In this document: one piece after another, positions 54,932 to 64,000 of the stretch
Position numbering within the stretch: the first letter of the stretch is position 1
Layout: the number at the start of each line of letters is the position of its first letter
NCBI GenBank assembly: GCA_029887795.1
Contig: JARXPE010000001.1
Location: forward strand, 1,386-65,385
Source: Thermoproteota archaeon
GTDB taxonomy: Archaea > Thermoproteota > Methanomethylicia > Methanomethylicales > Methanomethylicaceae
DNA: 64,000 nt
Reading direction: 5' to 3'
Notes under the pieces: model-generated
Database searches by the model: none
What the model was told of the DNA's origin: nothing
Seen by the model: only the letters and a program-made list of their open reading frames with translations
Made by a program: the position numbers and the translations under genes

Positions 54932-55792
54932 GTGCTGACACTCTCTCTCCTTTATGATAGGATTAGGACGGAGGAAAAAGTCCTCATTAATGCTGCTGAG
55001 AAGAAGGGAATATTTCTTAAACCAATAGATGCCAAGGAACTTCATTTAACCATTACTAATTTTTCAAGTGAGAGAGAATTATTCGGTGATGTGGCACTGG
55101 AACGATGTGTGAGCCACTTCAGGGGGCTCCACTTGACGGCGGCGCTGGAGAGCAAGGGGATCACAGTCATAAATCCCTATTCCGTTTCCAGCATCTGCGG
55201 GAATAAAATGCTGACAAGCATCGTACTAGCCAAGAATGGAATACCCACCCCAAAGACCATTGTGGCATTCACAAAGGAAGAGGCCATGAAGGCGGCTGAG
55301 GAGCTGGGCTTCCCCTCCGTTATCAAGCCAGTCTTCGGAAGCTGGGGGAGGCTGATAGCGCCACTAAAGGACAAGGAGACTGCCCAAGCTATACTCGAGC
55401 ATAGGGAAGAGATGGGAAACCCTCTCTATCAGATATACTACATACAGGAAATGATAAAGAGACCTCCTAGGGACATCAGAACCGTAGTTGTCGGGGAGGA
55501 GATAGTAGCATCAATTTATAGATACTCCGGTCCTGAAGACTGGAGGACAAACATAGCAAGGGGGGGCAGGGCGGAGGTCTGCAAACTAAGTGAAGAGAAT
55601 GCAGAGATCATACTCAGAGCCGCAAAGGCTGTTGGTGGAGGGGTACTTGGCGTGGATGCCATGGAAAGAGAAGAGGGGATAGTGATTCATGAGGTGAACA
55701 GCACTGTGGAATTCAAAGGAGCGATGTCTGTCTCAGAGGTCGATATACCGAGTAAGATTATAGAATATGCCCTCAACTTAGTTAAAAGGTAG
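54932..55792 (+). CDS. lysX: RimK-type ATP-grasp ligase LysX (carrier-protein ligase)
   Basis: ATP-grasp pattern. Positioned immediately after lysW. 286 aa. Confidence 0.75.
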   Translation: MLTLSLLYDRIRTEEKVLINAAEKKGIFLKPIDAKELHLTITNFSSERELFGDVALERCVSHFRGLHLTAALESKGITVINPYSVSSICGNKMLTSIVLAKNGIPTPKTIVAFTKEEAMKAAEELGFPSVIKPVFGSWGRLIAPLKDKETAQAILEHREEMGNPLYQIYYIQEMIKRPPRDIRTVVVGEEIVASIYRYSGPEDWRTNIARGGRAEVCKLSEENAEIILRAAKAVGGGVLGVDAMEREEGIVIHEVNSTVEFKGAMSVSEVDIPSKIIEYALNLVKR

Positions 55793-56351
55793 ACTTATAC
55801 CGATGGCTGGTTCTTGAGCCCTTAAGTTCATTTATCTTCGCTTCGGTTTCCTCTAAAAGTTTCTGAAGACATCGCATGATCTCCAAGATCATCTCCTTTC
55901 GTTCCTCGAGATCCTCAAGCTCGTCGAACTCTTCGTAGTCGGGCAGGAGAATTTTTAGTACGCTCGGGGGCGTGACGAGAGGATGCTCCAGTCCGAAGAC
56001 GTCTCTTAAGAAGTTTTCAAATAGTCTGTTGATCCCGAATGCGATCTCGCTCTGCTTTAGGATTACCCGTTCCAGCACCCGCTTTCCACTTTCAGTGATC
56101 TCATAGACCTTCTTCTTCCGACCCTTATAAGAGAGCCATTCGCCCTTTACAAGCCCTTCTTTCTCAAGTTTTTTAAGTACAGGATAGACCCCGCCGGGCG
56201 TGGGTTTCCAAGACCCCTGTGTGATCTCGCGCATGACCTGCATTATCTCATACCCAGTCATGGAGCGTTCGTTTATCATGAGGAGAAGGGCCATTCCCAT
56301 GTAGCCCTTCCTGCTCCACTCCAGACTTCTTGTGACTGGGTCGCTGAACAT
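55782..56351 (-). CDS. PadR-family transcriptional regulator
   Basis: 'MTGYEIMQVMREITQGSWKPTPGGVYPVLKKLEKEGLV' PadR wHTH. Confidence 0.65.
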   Translation of the reverse strand: MFSDPVTRSLEWSRKGYMGMALLLMINERSMTGYEIMQVMREITQGSWKPTPGGVYPVLKKLEKEGLVKGEWLSYKGRKKKVYEITESGKRVLERVILKQSEIAFGINRLFENFLRDVFGLEHPLVTPPSVLKILLPDYEEFDELEDLEERKEMILEIMRCLQKLLEETEAKINELKGSRTSHRYKSTF

Positions 56352-56643
56352 GGCACATCCCTTTGAATATATTTGAGTGAAATATATGAATCTTACGATG
56401 TGGATTCCATGAGCTAAACAATAAATTTGTTCTGAGGGGGCGCTAAAGTTCCGTGGTAAAGAACTATTACGGGTACTTAAATCAGAACAGACAGTATATT
56501 ATGATGTGTTCTGTTCGATTCGCAAAGGAATTCTTGGGACGGATGCCATTTTCAAGAAATCTATTGATCCGTATATGATCTTAATCCACAGCAAGTCTTT
56601 AAAAGAAGAAAATCATTAGAACATTAAAATCTGGTGGTCTTAA

Positions 56644-57906
56644 ATGGGAATGACGATTGCTGAAAAGATCTTGGCAAGAGCCTCTGGAAAGAGCAAGGTA
56701 GAGCCAGGAGAATATGTCATCGGGAAGATCGACCTAGCAATGGTTCACGATCTGACGGGCCCTCTAACGCTCAATGTCTTGAAGGAGGTTGGCTACGACA
56801 GACCTTGGGATCGTGAAAAGATCGTGATAATTCTCGATCATCAAGTTCCTGCAAATTCTACAGTGACGGCTTCGCTCCACCAACAACTCAGAGAGTATTC
56901 AAATAAGTACGGCATAAAGTTTCATGATGTGGGGAGACAGGGAGTATGTCACCAGATACTGGCTGAGAACTATGTCAAGCCCGGAATGTTGGTAGTGGGC
57001 GCAGACTCGCACACATGCACATTGGGTGCGCTGGGTGCTTTTGCTACCGGTATAGGCTCCACTGAAATGGCGTCTGTTTTCTTGACCGGCGAGCTATGGT
57101 TTAGGGTTCCAGAGACCATAAGGTTTGAGCTAAAAGGGAAGTTAAAGCAAGGTGTTTCGGCTAAGGACATAATACTATACATTATTGGGAAGATGGGGGT
57201 GGATGGTGCGCTCTACTGCGCGACTGAGTTCACTGGTGACGGTGTTGAGAGGTTGAGTGTTGACAGTAGACTGACCATCTGCAATATGGCTATAGAAATG
57301 GGAGGGAAGACTGGGATCGTAAACCCAGACGCAAAGACACTCGAATATACGAAATATACTGAGTCAAGGGAGATCCTCCGGAGTGACAGTGATGCAGTGT
57401 ATCGAAGTACAATTGAAGTTAACTTAGAGGATCTTGTCCCTCAGGTAGCACTTCCCCACTCTGTGGACAATGTTAAACCAGTCTCTGAGGTTGAAGGATT
57501 AGAAGCGGATCAGGTTTTCATAGGATCATGCACAAATGGCAGGCTTGAAGATCTTGAAGCGGCGGCTAAGATTCTCCACGGAAGGAAGGTCAAAGATGGA
57601 ACTAGGCTGATCGTTATTCCAGCCTCGCCAAGCGTGTACATTGAGGCGGAGAGAAGGGGGTACATTAAAACATTCATTGAGGCGGGGGGTGTGGTCTGCA
57701 ACCCCAATTGCGGACCCTGCCTTGGAGGGCATATGGGCATTCTTGCCGACGGGGAGGTCTGTGTGAGCACATCAAACCGAAATTTCATTGGGAGGATGGG
57801 AAGTCCCAAGTCCAAGGTCTATTTGGTCTCTCCCGAGACCGCCGCTGCTACGGCTGTGGAGGGGAAGTTGACTGATCCTTTAAAATATTTGAGGGGGCGA
57901 GAGTAA
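56644..57906 (+). CDS. leuC: 3-isopropylmalate / homoaconitate dehydratase large subunit (aconitase family)
   Basis: Aconitase-family Cys ligands in 'SCTNGR' and 'CGPCLG'. 420 aa. Confidence 0.8.
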   Translation: MGMTIAEKILARASGKSKVEPGEYVIGKIDLAMVHDLTGPLTLNVLKEVGYDRPWDREKIVIILDHQVPANSTVTASLHQQLREYSNKYGIKFHDVGRQGVCHQILAENYVKPGMLVVGADSHTCTLGALGAFATGIGSTEMASVFLTGELWFRVPETIRFELKGKLKQGVSAKDIILYIIGKMGVDGALYCATEFTGDGVERLSVDSRLTICNMAIEMGGKTGIVNPDAKTLEYTKYTESREILRSDSDAVYRSTIEVNLEDLVPQVALPHSVDNVKPVSEVEGLEADQVFIGSCTNGRLEDLEAAAKILHGRKVKDGTRLIVIPASPSVYIEAERRGYIKTFIEAGGVVCNPNCGPCLGGHMGILADGEVCVSTSNRNFIGRMGSPKSKVYLVSPETAAATAVEGKLTDPLKYLRGRE

Positions 57907-58412
57907 TGAGCATTATTAAAGGAAGAGCATGGTTGTTTGGAGACAATGTGGATACGGATGTTATACTGCCAGGCAAATATCTAGTGCTTACAGACCCGAA
58001 TGAGTTGGCTAAGCATGCGCTTGAGGGTTTGGTCCAAGACTTTTATAAGAAGATCTCAAAGGGCGACATCATAGTAGCTGGAAAGAACTTTGGATGCGGA
58101 TCCAGTAGGGAGCACGCACCAATCGCGCTTAAGTATGCAGGCGTGGGAGCGGTTGTCGCAGAATCGTTCTCCAGAATATTCTTCAGAAACTCAATAAACA
58201 TTGGTTTACCTGCGGTGATATCAAAAGGTGCGAGAGAAATAATAAAAGAAAATGAGTCTATTTCCATACACTTAGACGAGGGCTACATTTTGAGGGAAAA
58301 TGGCGAAAAGATACTCATAGAGAGTTATCCAGACTTTCTGCTGGAGATCTTGAAAGATGGAGGGCTTCTACAAAACCTTAAAAGAAGGTTTGCAAGGAGT
58401 GGAAAGGTATGA
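57906..58412 (+). CDS. leuD: 3-isopropylmalate / homoaconitate dehydratase small subunit
   Basis: LeuD-like swivel domain '[14 protein letters not shown]'. 168 aa. Start overlaps the large-subunit stop. Confidence 0.75.
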   Translation: MSIIKGRAWLFGDNVDTDVILPGKYLVLTDPNELAKHALEGLVQDFYKKISKGDIIVAGKNFGCGSSREHAPIALKYAGVGAVVAESFSRIFFRNSINIGLPAVISKGAREIIKENESISIHLDEGYILRENGEKILIESYPDFLLEILKDGGLLQNLKRRFARSGKV

Positions 58413-59410
58413 AGACCTACAGAATAGCACTAATGAGGGGCGATGGGATAGGACCCGAGCAGACCGATGCAACACTGAGGGTTCTCTCTGCGCTTGAGGA
58501 GATTTCAAATTTTAGGCTAGAATTTTTGGAGGTGGAGGGCGGAGACGAGTGCCTCAAAAAAAGAGGCACAGCTCTGCCAGAAGAAAGCATAGAAACAATA
58601 AGGAAGGCGGACGCCTGCCTGAAGGGTCCTGTTGGTGAGAGTGCGGCAGATGTGATCGTGAAATTGAGGATCCTCTTTGACCTTTATGCTAACCTGAGAC
58701 CCGTGAAATCTTACCCGGGCATATCTGCTCTCAGACCAGACATAGACATGCTCTTTGTCAGAGAGAATACTGAGGACCTGTACAAGGGTTACGAATTCTA
58801 CGTGGGCGAGGACACAGTTGCGCTCAGGGTCATAACAAAAAAAGGTTGCACAAGGATAGCCGAGATGGCATTCAAGTATGCCATGAAGAGGAGGAAAAAA
58901 GTCACGGCGGTGCATAAGGCAAACGTCATGAGGATAACAGACGGGCTATTCCGTGACATCTGCAGAGAGACCGCCAAGAAATACCCTGAGGTCGCCTTCG
59001 AGGAGCTTTATGTGGACGCAGCATCCATGCATCTAATCAAGAGACCGCATGAGTTTGATGTAATAGTAACACCAAACATGTTCGGCGATATCTTATCAGA
59101 TGAGGCAGCGCAGATAGGAGGAGGGCTGGGAATGGCTGCAGGAGCAAATATTGGAGACAATTATGGACTTTTTGAGCCAATTCATGGATCCGTCCCATCA
59201 AAGGCAGGCAGGAGGGTGGCAAACCCGACCTCCATGATACTGGCATCCAAGCTCATGTTGGAATGGCTAGGGGAGACTCAGGCCGCAAAGATTATCGAAG
59301 ATGCTGTGATAAAGACACTCATAGAAAAGAAAGTCCTAACTTATGATTTGGGGGGGACCGCCAGTACGGACGAGATGGGAGAAGAGATCGCAAAAAACTT
59401 GCGGGGTTGA
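58409..59410 (+). CDS. leuB: 3-isopropylmalate / homoisocitrate dehydrogenase (beta-decarboxylating dehydrogenase)
   Basis: 'IALMRGDGIGPE' N-terminus and 'NMFGDILSDEAA' metal/substrate motif. 333 aa. Confidence 0.8.
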   Translation: MKTYRIALMRGDGIGPEQTDATLRVLSALEEISNFRLEFLEVEGGDECLKKRGTALPEESIETIRKADACLKGPVGESAADVIVKLRILFDLYANLRPVKSYPGISALRPDIDMLFVRENTEDLYKGYEFYVGEDTVALRVITKKGCTRIAEMAFKYAMKRRKKVTAVHKANVMRITDGLFRDICRETAKKYPEVAFEELYVDAASMHLIKRPHEFDVIVTPNMFGDILSDEAAQIGGGLGMAAGANIGDNYGLFEPIHGSVPSKAGRRVANPTSMILASKLMLEWLGETQAAKIIEDAVIKTLIEKKVLTYDLGGTASTDEMGEEIAKNLRG

Positions 59411-59439
59411 AACTCATATAGCCCAGAATGGGTCAACTT

Positions 59440-59473
59440 AATATTTTTATTTATTTAATATTTTTATTTATTT
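59440..59473. repeat. Perfect 17-nt tandem duplication AATATTTTTATTTATTT x2 in a convergent intergenic region
   Basis: Read directly. Followed by degenerate T-rich copies. Lies between the leuB stop and the radA stop. Confidence 0.5.
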
Positions 59474-59578
59474 GTTTATTTTTATTAATAAATTTATTAA
59501 TAAAATTCTAAATTCGTTAGACTCCATAGAGGGATGGGCGAGTAAACATAAAAGGTGAAAGAATGGAGGTTTTGTAAA

Positions 59579-60535
59579 TCAGCGCGGTTCCTCGACGTCT
59601 ACCAGCCCTTCTGATGTTATTGCAAAGAGACACTCGCTCTCGGGGTGCATTGGTGAATCGATTATTCGGGCTATCCTACGATTTTCCTTGGACTTTCTCA
59701 ACCAGATCCTATAAGTGGACCCGTGTGCTAGGATATTCCCTCCAGCAGGCTTGTTGGGGTTGCCAAAGAAAACGTCTGGCGCAGATTGGATCTGGTTTGT
59801 AACTACCACGGCTATATTGAATATGTCAGACATCCTCAGCAACTGGTGCAGATGTTTATTTAGCTTCTGCTGTCTAGGTGCTAGAGCCTCCCTCCCTGGG
59901 TATTCCGATCTAAAATGAGTGATGACAGAATCAACTATGACAAGACGGACGTTATTGGCAGGTATCAAATTTGTTGCTTCATCGACTAATAGTATTTGAT
60001 GGTCAGAGTTATATGCCCTGGCGTATATTATGTTCCCCAACGCCTCATCAGGGTCTACGCCGAGTCCCTTGGCAATATTCATGATGCGCTCTGGTCGGAA
60101 TGTGCCTTCGGTGTCTATGTATAAAGCCCTACCACTGAGACCGCCCCTCTCGACAGGCAATTGGACAGTGACTGCCAATTCATGACAGATCTGTGTTTTT
60201 CCAGACCCGAACTCGCCTATGAGCTCTGTAATCGCCTGTGTTTCTATACCCTTGCCAAGCAAATTGTCCAAGGATTTTGTGCCAGTGGTTATAAACCCAA
60301 TGTTGGCCCTCTTTGACAGAACGTCCTTTGCTGTCGTGAATTTTATGTTGAGCAGTGCCCTAGCATTTTGGGTGATTATGGAGGCTTTTTCTTCTGTCAA
60401 TTCTGCGATTTCTACTAGGGTTCGCGGAGGCGTTACAGCAAGAGCCTCAACCGAAGTTATTCCGACGGACCTTAGCTTCTCTGCTGTAGCAGGACCAACA
60501 CCCTCAACATCCTCTAATTCGTGTCTTAGTGCCAA
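59579..60535 (-). CDS. radA: DNA repair and recombination protein RadA
   Basis: N-terminal HhH '[15 protein letters not shown]' and Walker A 'GEFGSGKTQ'. 318 aa. Confidence 0.9.
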   Translation of the reverse strand: MALRHELEDVEGVGPATAEKLRSVGITSVEALAVTPPRTLVEIAELTEEKASIITQNARALLNIKFTTAKDVLSKRANIGFITTGTKSLDNLLGKGIETQAITELIGEFGSGKTQICHELAVTVQLPVERGGLSGRALYIDTEGTFRPERIMNIAKGLGVDPDEALGNIIYARAYNSDHQILLVDEATNLIPANNVRLVIVDSVITHFRSEYPGREALAPRQQKLNKHLHQLLRMSDIFNIAVVVTNQIQSAPDVFFGNPNKPAGGNILAHGSTYRIWLRKSKENRRIARIIDSPMHPESECLFAITSEGLVDVEEPR

Positions 60536-60704
60536 CTCTCTTCTTCTCCTAATTTAGAGGGCTGCCGCGGAGGATTTAAACCTTTCAATCATAAAAATTA
60601 ATAAAGGTAATGGTGACGTTTTGGACGATACTTTTGACTGTACGACAAGCCGAAAGAGAGGGTCGAGTGAAAATATAGCATTTTTATTTTGAAGTTAGGA
60701 TTTT

Positions 60705-61328
60705 TTAGTTTTTATTCGTAGTTCTCATTTTGCCGATCGAGAGGCCAGCATCGAACGCTCTTAGATTCTCCTCCAAGAACCGGGGGATGTTCTCCTTTAT
60801 GGCCTCCTTCAGCAACCCAGATTCAAATGGTAGCACGCCAGAACCAGCCAGCACTCCTAGCATTACTATATTAGAGGCTATCGGAAGTCCCGAATCTTTA
60901 GCCACTTCAGTTGCGTCTAAGGCAATAACAGATCCAGCAATCTTACTAATTTCAGATAGGATCACATTAACATCCGGGTAGACTGCCTTGCCTATGTTGA
61001 CCTCAACGGGATATATTGGTCGAGTATTCATGATAACGAGCCCGCCTACCTTCAAAAATTTTGCAACTGCCCTAAGAGTCTCCATAGGCTCTAAGCCCAA
61101 GACGATGTCTGCCTTATGCTCCTCAACCAGAGATCCGTAAATCTCTTCCCCTATCCTTATGTGGCTGACGACAGGGCCTCCCCTCTGAGCAATTCCATAA
61201 ACATCCGATATCCGGACTTTGTATCTGGCTTTTATTGCAGCTGCCCCGAGGATTTGAGCTGCCTTAACATTTCCTTGCCCGCCCACTCCGGAGATTATTA
61301 TATTGAATTCTGATTCGGATTTTTTCAT
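60705..61328 (-). CDS. iorB: Indolepyruvate:ferredoxin oxidoreductase beta subunit
   Basis: 'IIISGVGGQGNVKAAQILG' gamma/IorB-type motif. 207 aa. Immediately downstream of iorA. Confidence 0.75.
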   Translation of the reverse strand: MKKSESEFNIIISGVGGQGNVKAAQILGAAAIKARYKVRISDVYGIAQRGGPVVSHIRIGEEIYGSLVEEHKADIVLGLEPMETLRAVAKFLKVGGLVIMNTRPIYPVEVNIGKAVYPDVNVILSEISKIAGSVIALDATEVAKDSGLPIASNIVMLGVLAGSGVLPFESGLLKEAIKENIPRFLEENLRAFDAGLSIGKMRTTNKN

Positions 61329-61330
61329 GT

Positions 61331-63268
61331 CTACTCCTCCGATAGTTTTATCGCACCGTATGGGCAGACGGTTATGCAGACCTTACATCCAGTACAGTCC
61401 AAGGCGTTTATGTAGGATTTTTTCTTCGCAGTATCGAAGCCCATCGCAGGGCAACCGAAAGCAGCCACGCAAGTCCTGCAGCCGATGCACTTTTCTTGGA
61501 CGACCACACATGGAATTATCTTTTCGCCCTTCCTCCTTGCGATTCGTAGGTACTCCTGAGCACATATCCGCCTGAATATGACGACCGCAGGACCAGGGAA
61601 TTTCAGAGCCTCCTCCATTGCTGCCACGCTGCTTTTTTGATCGTAAGGATCAACTATTTTCACGAAATCAATTCCGCAGGCGCGAGATATGTCCTCAATG
61701 TTGACTTTTTTAGTTTGTAAGCCCGTCGCCGTCTGTCCGCTGCCAGGGTGTGGTTGGTATCCAGTCATCCCAGTCACGTAGTTATCAAGGACCATTACCT
61801 TAATGTTGGCTTTGTTAAAGGTGGCGTTTATCAGGGCAGGTATCCCAGCATGGTAGAACGTGGAGTCGCCAATGGTGGCAATAACTGGATCGTTTATGCC
61901 AGTCTGGGCTATACCATTTGCTATTCCGATGCTACCACCCATACAGAAGACATCCTGCATAAATTTCAATGGAGGATACATCCCCAACGTGTAGCAACCT
62001 ATGTCACCCATCGCGATATACCGTCCTTTGGAGACGGTCTTTATAGCCTTTCTTGCCGCGTAGTAAGCCGCCCTATGCGGACATCCAGAGCACATGGTGA
62101 GCGTCCTTGGAGTTATCATTTTCGAAGACTTTTCCAAGATCTCCAGCTTCTCCTTGGGCGGCGAGGCATCGTATTTTAGACCCAAAACAGAGGAGAGGGC
62201 TCTCCCGACCGCGGAGAAGTTGAGCTCTCCTGTTCTCGGTAGGTGATATGAGAGTTTCCCGAAAATTTTAAGCCGCGGATTGTGACCTTTTGCCACACCT
62301 ACCAATTGTCTCTCTATAAAGGGCTCCCCCTCCTCAACAACAATTACCGATTCCAGTCCTTCTATGAATTCAGAGATAGTTTTTTCAGGAAACGGGTTGG
62401 TCAGACCCAATTTTAGAAGGTTTATCTTACCCCTTAAATCATTATACTTAAGGAAGTCCAGCACGTAATTCAGTGCAACTGATGATGAGACAATGCCAAC
62501 AGAAGCAAATGATCCCTCAGAGGTCCTCTCCATCCTGAAGAGCGACTTCTCTTTCGCTAGATCCTCAACTCTATTGAGTTTCTCGTGAAGGATCTCATGA
62601 AGCTGCGGTATGACTTTCGGACCGACTATGCCCTCCCCTAGCACAAAATCTCTGTAGTAATCGTCGTGAAAGTTTGGCTCAGCGGGATTACGCACTATCT
62701 CCCCAAGAACCACATCCCCCCTCGAATGACAGATTCTGGTGACCAGCCTTATCATGACGGGGAGTCGAATTTTTTCGGAGATGTCTGCAGCTATCTTAAC
62801 GTAGTCCTTTGCCTCTTGGACATCAGAGGGCTCCAATGCTGGAACCTCAGCCATCAATGCCATATATCGATTGTCCTGTTCATTTGCCGAACTGTGACCT
62901 GAGGGGTCGTCTGCTGATACAATTATTAATGAACTGTTAAATCCGTGGTATACGGCATGCATGAGTGGATCCATAATCCAGTTCGCACCGATGTGCTTCA
63001 TCGATGCCATTGATCTCTTGCCGCAGAGCGCACCTCCAATTGCCACTTCAAAGGCGACCATCTCGTTTGTGGACCATTGTACATGCATGTTGACTTCGTC
63101 GGCAACAAGGGCGAGAGTATCAATGATTTCTGAGGCAGGGGTACCGGGATAGGAGGCGGCGATTTCGATGTTTGACTCTATAGCGCCCCTAGCGACAGCT
63201 TCATTGCCTAGAAGTAGAACTCTCTCACCTGGAAAATTTTTTGTTATGATATGCTTCATTACTTGCAC
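61331..63268 (-). CDS. iorA: Indolepyruvate:ferredoxin oxidoreductase alpha subunit
   Basis: TPP-binding domains and C-terminal 2x[4Fe-4S] 'CIGCRTCVAAFGCP...CTGCKVCITVCPYGAI'. 645 aa. Confidence 0.8.
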   Translation of the reverse strand: MQVMKHIITKNFPGERVLLLGNEAVARGAIESNIEIAASYPGTPASEIIDTLALVADEVNMHVQWSTNEMVAFEVAIGGALCGKRSMASMKHIGANWIMDPLMHAVYHGFNSSLIIVSADDPSGHSSANEQDNRYMALMAEVPALEPSDVQEAKDYVKIAADISEKIRLPVMIRLVTRICHSRGDVVLGEIVRNPAEPNFHDDYYRDFVLGEGIVGPKVIPQLHEILHEKLNRVEDLAKEKSLFRMERTSEGSFASVGIVSSSVALNYVLDFLKYNDLRGKINLLKLGLTNPFPEKTISEFIEGLESVIVVEEGEPFIERQLVGVAKGHNPRLKIFGKLSYHLPRTGELNFSAVGRALSSVLGLKYDASPPKEKLEILEKSSKMITPRTLTMCSGCPHRAAYYAARKAIKTVSKGRYIAMGDIGCYTLGMYPPLKFMQDVFCMGGSIGIANGIAQTGINDPVIATIGDSTFYHAGIPALINATFNKANIKVMVLDNYVTGMTGYQPHPGSGQTATGLQTKKVNIEDISRACGIDFVKIVDPYDQKSSVAAMEEALKFPGPAVVIFRRICAQEYLRIARRKGEKIIPCVVVQEKCIGCRTCVAAFGCPAMGFDTAKKKSYINALDCTGCKVCITVCPYGAIKLSEE

Positions 63269-63547
63269 CTTGGAATGACTAAATAAAAACTGCAGAACAC
63301 TATTAAAGTTTTATTACGACCTTTAGAATTGCCAATTTCTTAACCTTGGTTTGATTTTTAATCGTTCCTTAGTGCATATCTCGAAATTCTCCGCCGATAA
63401 AGTTAAATCTTGATGTTAATTATATCTAGAGCAATCTGCCACTTTCGGAGGAAGGACTGGTGACCGCCTACCAAACCCATTAATTTGCATTTGTGGAAGC
63501 AATGTGCACATTCCGGAGTGTGGCAAAACAAATAGGAGGTTCTATTT

Positions 63548-64000
63548 TTGAATAAAGTCAAAGTTGGAATTTTGGGGTCCACAGGGTCCGTAGGGCAAAG
63601 ATATGTCAACATGCTTGAGTCCCACCCGTGGTTTGAGATTACGGCGTTGTCCGCATCCAGCGCCTCGGTGGGTAAAAGGTACGCAGAGGCAGCTAAGTGG
63701 GTTCTTGATAGCAGTATGCCAGAGAGTGTCAGAGACATGGTGATACAGCCTGCAGATGCTGATGCCCTAAAAAAGGAGGGCGTTGAACTCATCTTTTCTG
63801 CGCTTCCATCAGAAGTTGCCAAGGTAGTCGAGTCGAAGATGGTAGAGGCAGGCTTTCCGGTGGTTGCCGACACGAGCGCACATAGAATGGATCCGGATGT
63901 TCCACTCTTGATACCAGAAGTAAACAGCGAACATCTTGCGGCATTAGATGAGCAGAGAAAGAAAGGTAAAGGCATTATTGTCACGGGACCAAACTGTACA
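63548..64000 (+). CDS. asd: Aspartate-semialdehyde dehydrogenase, 5' partial (runs off window)
   Basis: TTG start 7 nt after 'AGGAGGT'. 'KVGILGSTGSVGQ' NAD site, 'IFSALPS', and active-site 'GPNCT' at the window edge. Not in the ORF track because there is no stop inside the window. Confidence 0.7.
   Translation, partial: MNKVKVGILGSTGSVGQRYVNMLESHPWFEITALSASSASVGKRYAEAAKWVLDSSMPESVRDMVIQPADADALKKEGVELIFSALPSEVAKVVESKMVEAGFPVVADTSAHRMDPDVPLLIPEVNSEHLAALDEQRKKGKGIIVTGPNCT

Noticed and set aside
56440-56530. Possible tRNA suggested by the 'GTTCGATTC' T-loop-like motif
   Set aside because: I could not build a cloverleaf. The putative T-stem has a central mismatch. No complementary 5' acceptor strand ('AATTCCT') exists about 65 nt upstream. 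No D-arm or anticodon arm was evident.
63403-63984. 193-aa minus-strand ORF at the window end
   Set aside because: It is antisense to the + strand asd reading frame, which shows unmistakable Asd motifs (GxxGxVGQ, SALPS, GPNCT). The minus ORF has no motifs.
1-64000. CRISPR arrays, rRNA genes, transposases/integrases
   Set aside because: I found no array of regularly spaced direct repeats, no rRNA-like conserved segments, and no transposase/integrase motifs in any ORF. The window appears to be chromosomal backbone.

Overview
This 64 kb window looks like archaeal chromosome, most likely a thaumarchaeon (Nitrososphaeria-like). The lineage call is an inference from three things: a eukaryote-type topoisomerase IB, a CdvB/CdvC (ESCRT-III/Vps4) cluster, and a two-subunit 2-oxoacid:ferredoxin oxidoreductase. 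I found about 65 protein-coding genes, tightly packed with frequent 4–8 nt start/stop overlaps. I did not recognise any rRNA, tRNA, CRISPR array or obvious mobile element.

The content is mostly core metabolism and housekeeping:
- Fe-S and cofactor metabolism: Mrp/ApbC, mevalonate kinase, TldD/PmbA, a tandem MoeA pair, GcvT.
- Oxidoreductases and amino-acid metabolism: OFOR alpha/beta, IorAB, LeuCDB-like genes next to lysW-lysX, the 5' part of asd.
- DNA and division proteins: RadA, an Lhr helicase, CdvB x2 with CdvC.
- Transport: a five-gene Opp/Dpp-type ABC transporter.

The locus I rate most interesting is a compact minus-strand operon (26699..29832). It encodes a half-length, hinge-less SMC-like ABC ATPase (587 aa), an ScpA-like kleisin and an ScpB-like tandem winged-helix protein. 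It sits divergently from the topoisomerase IB gene and next to Lhr plus an MBL-fold hydrolase.

Other regions worth a second look:
- A thiol-redox and arsenic island: FTR-rubredoxin fusion, glutaredoxin, thioredoxin-like protein, ArsP-like permease, Acr3, ArsR, an ABC-2 exporter, and no ArsC/ArsM.
- A cysteine desulfurase / Fe-S-domain protein / unknown-protein operon beside a DUF362-ferredoxin.
- A cdvB-cdvB-cdvC cluster with no cdvA but a divergent 442-aa TrmB-family protein.
- A block of five uncharacterised small and membrane proteins downstream of topo IB.

All functional calls come from reading motifs in the supplied translations. No database searches were run.
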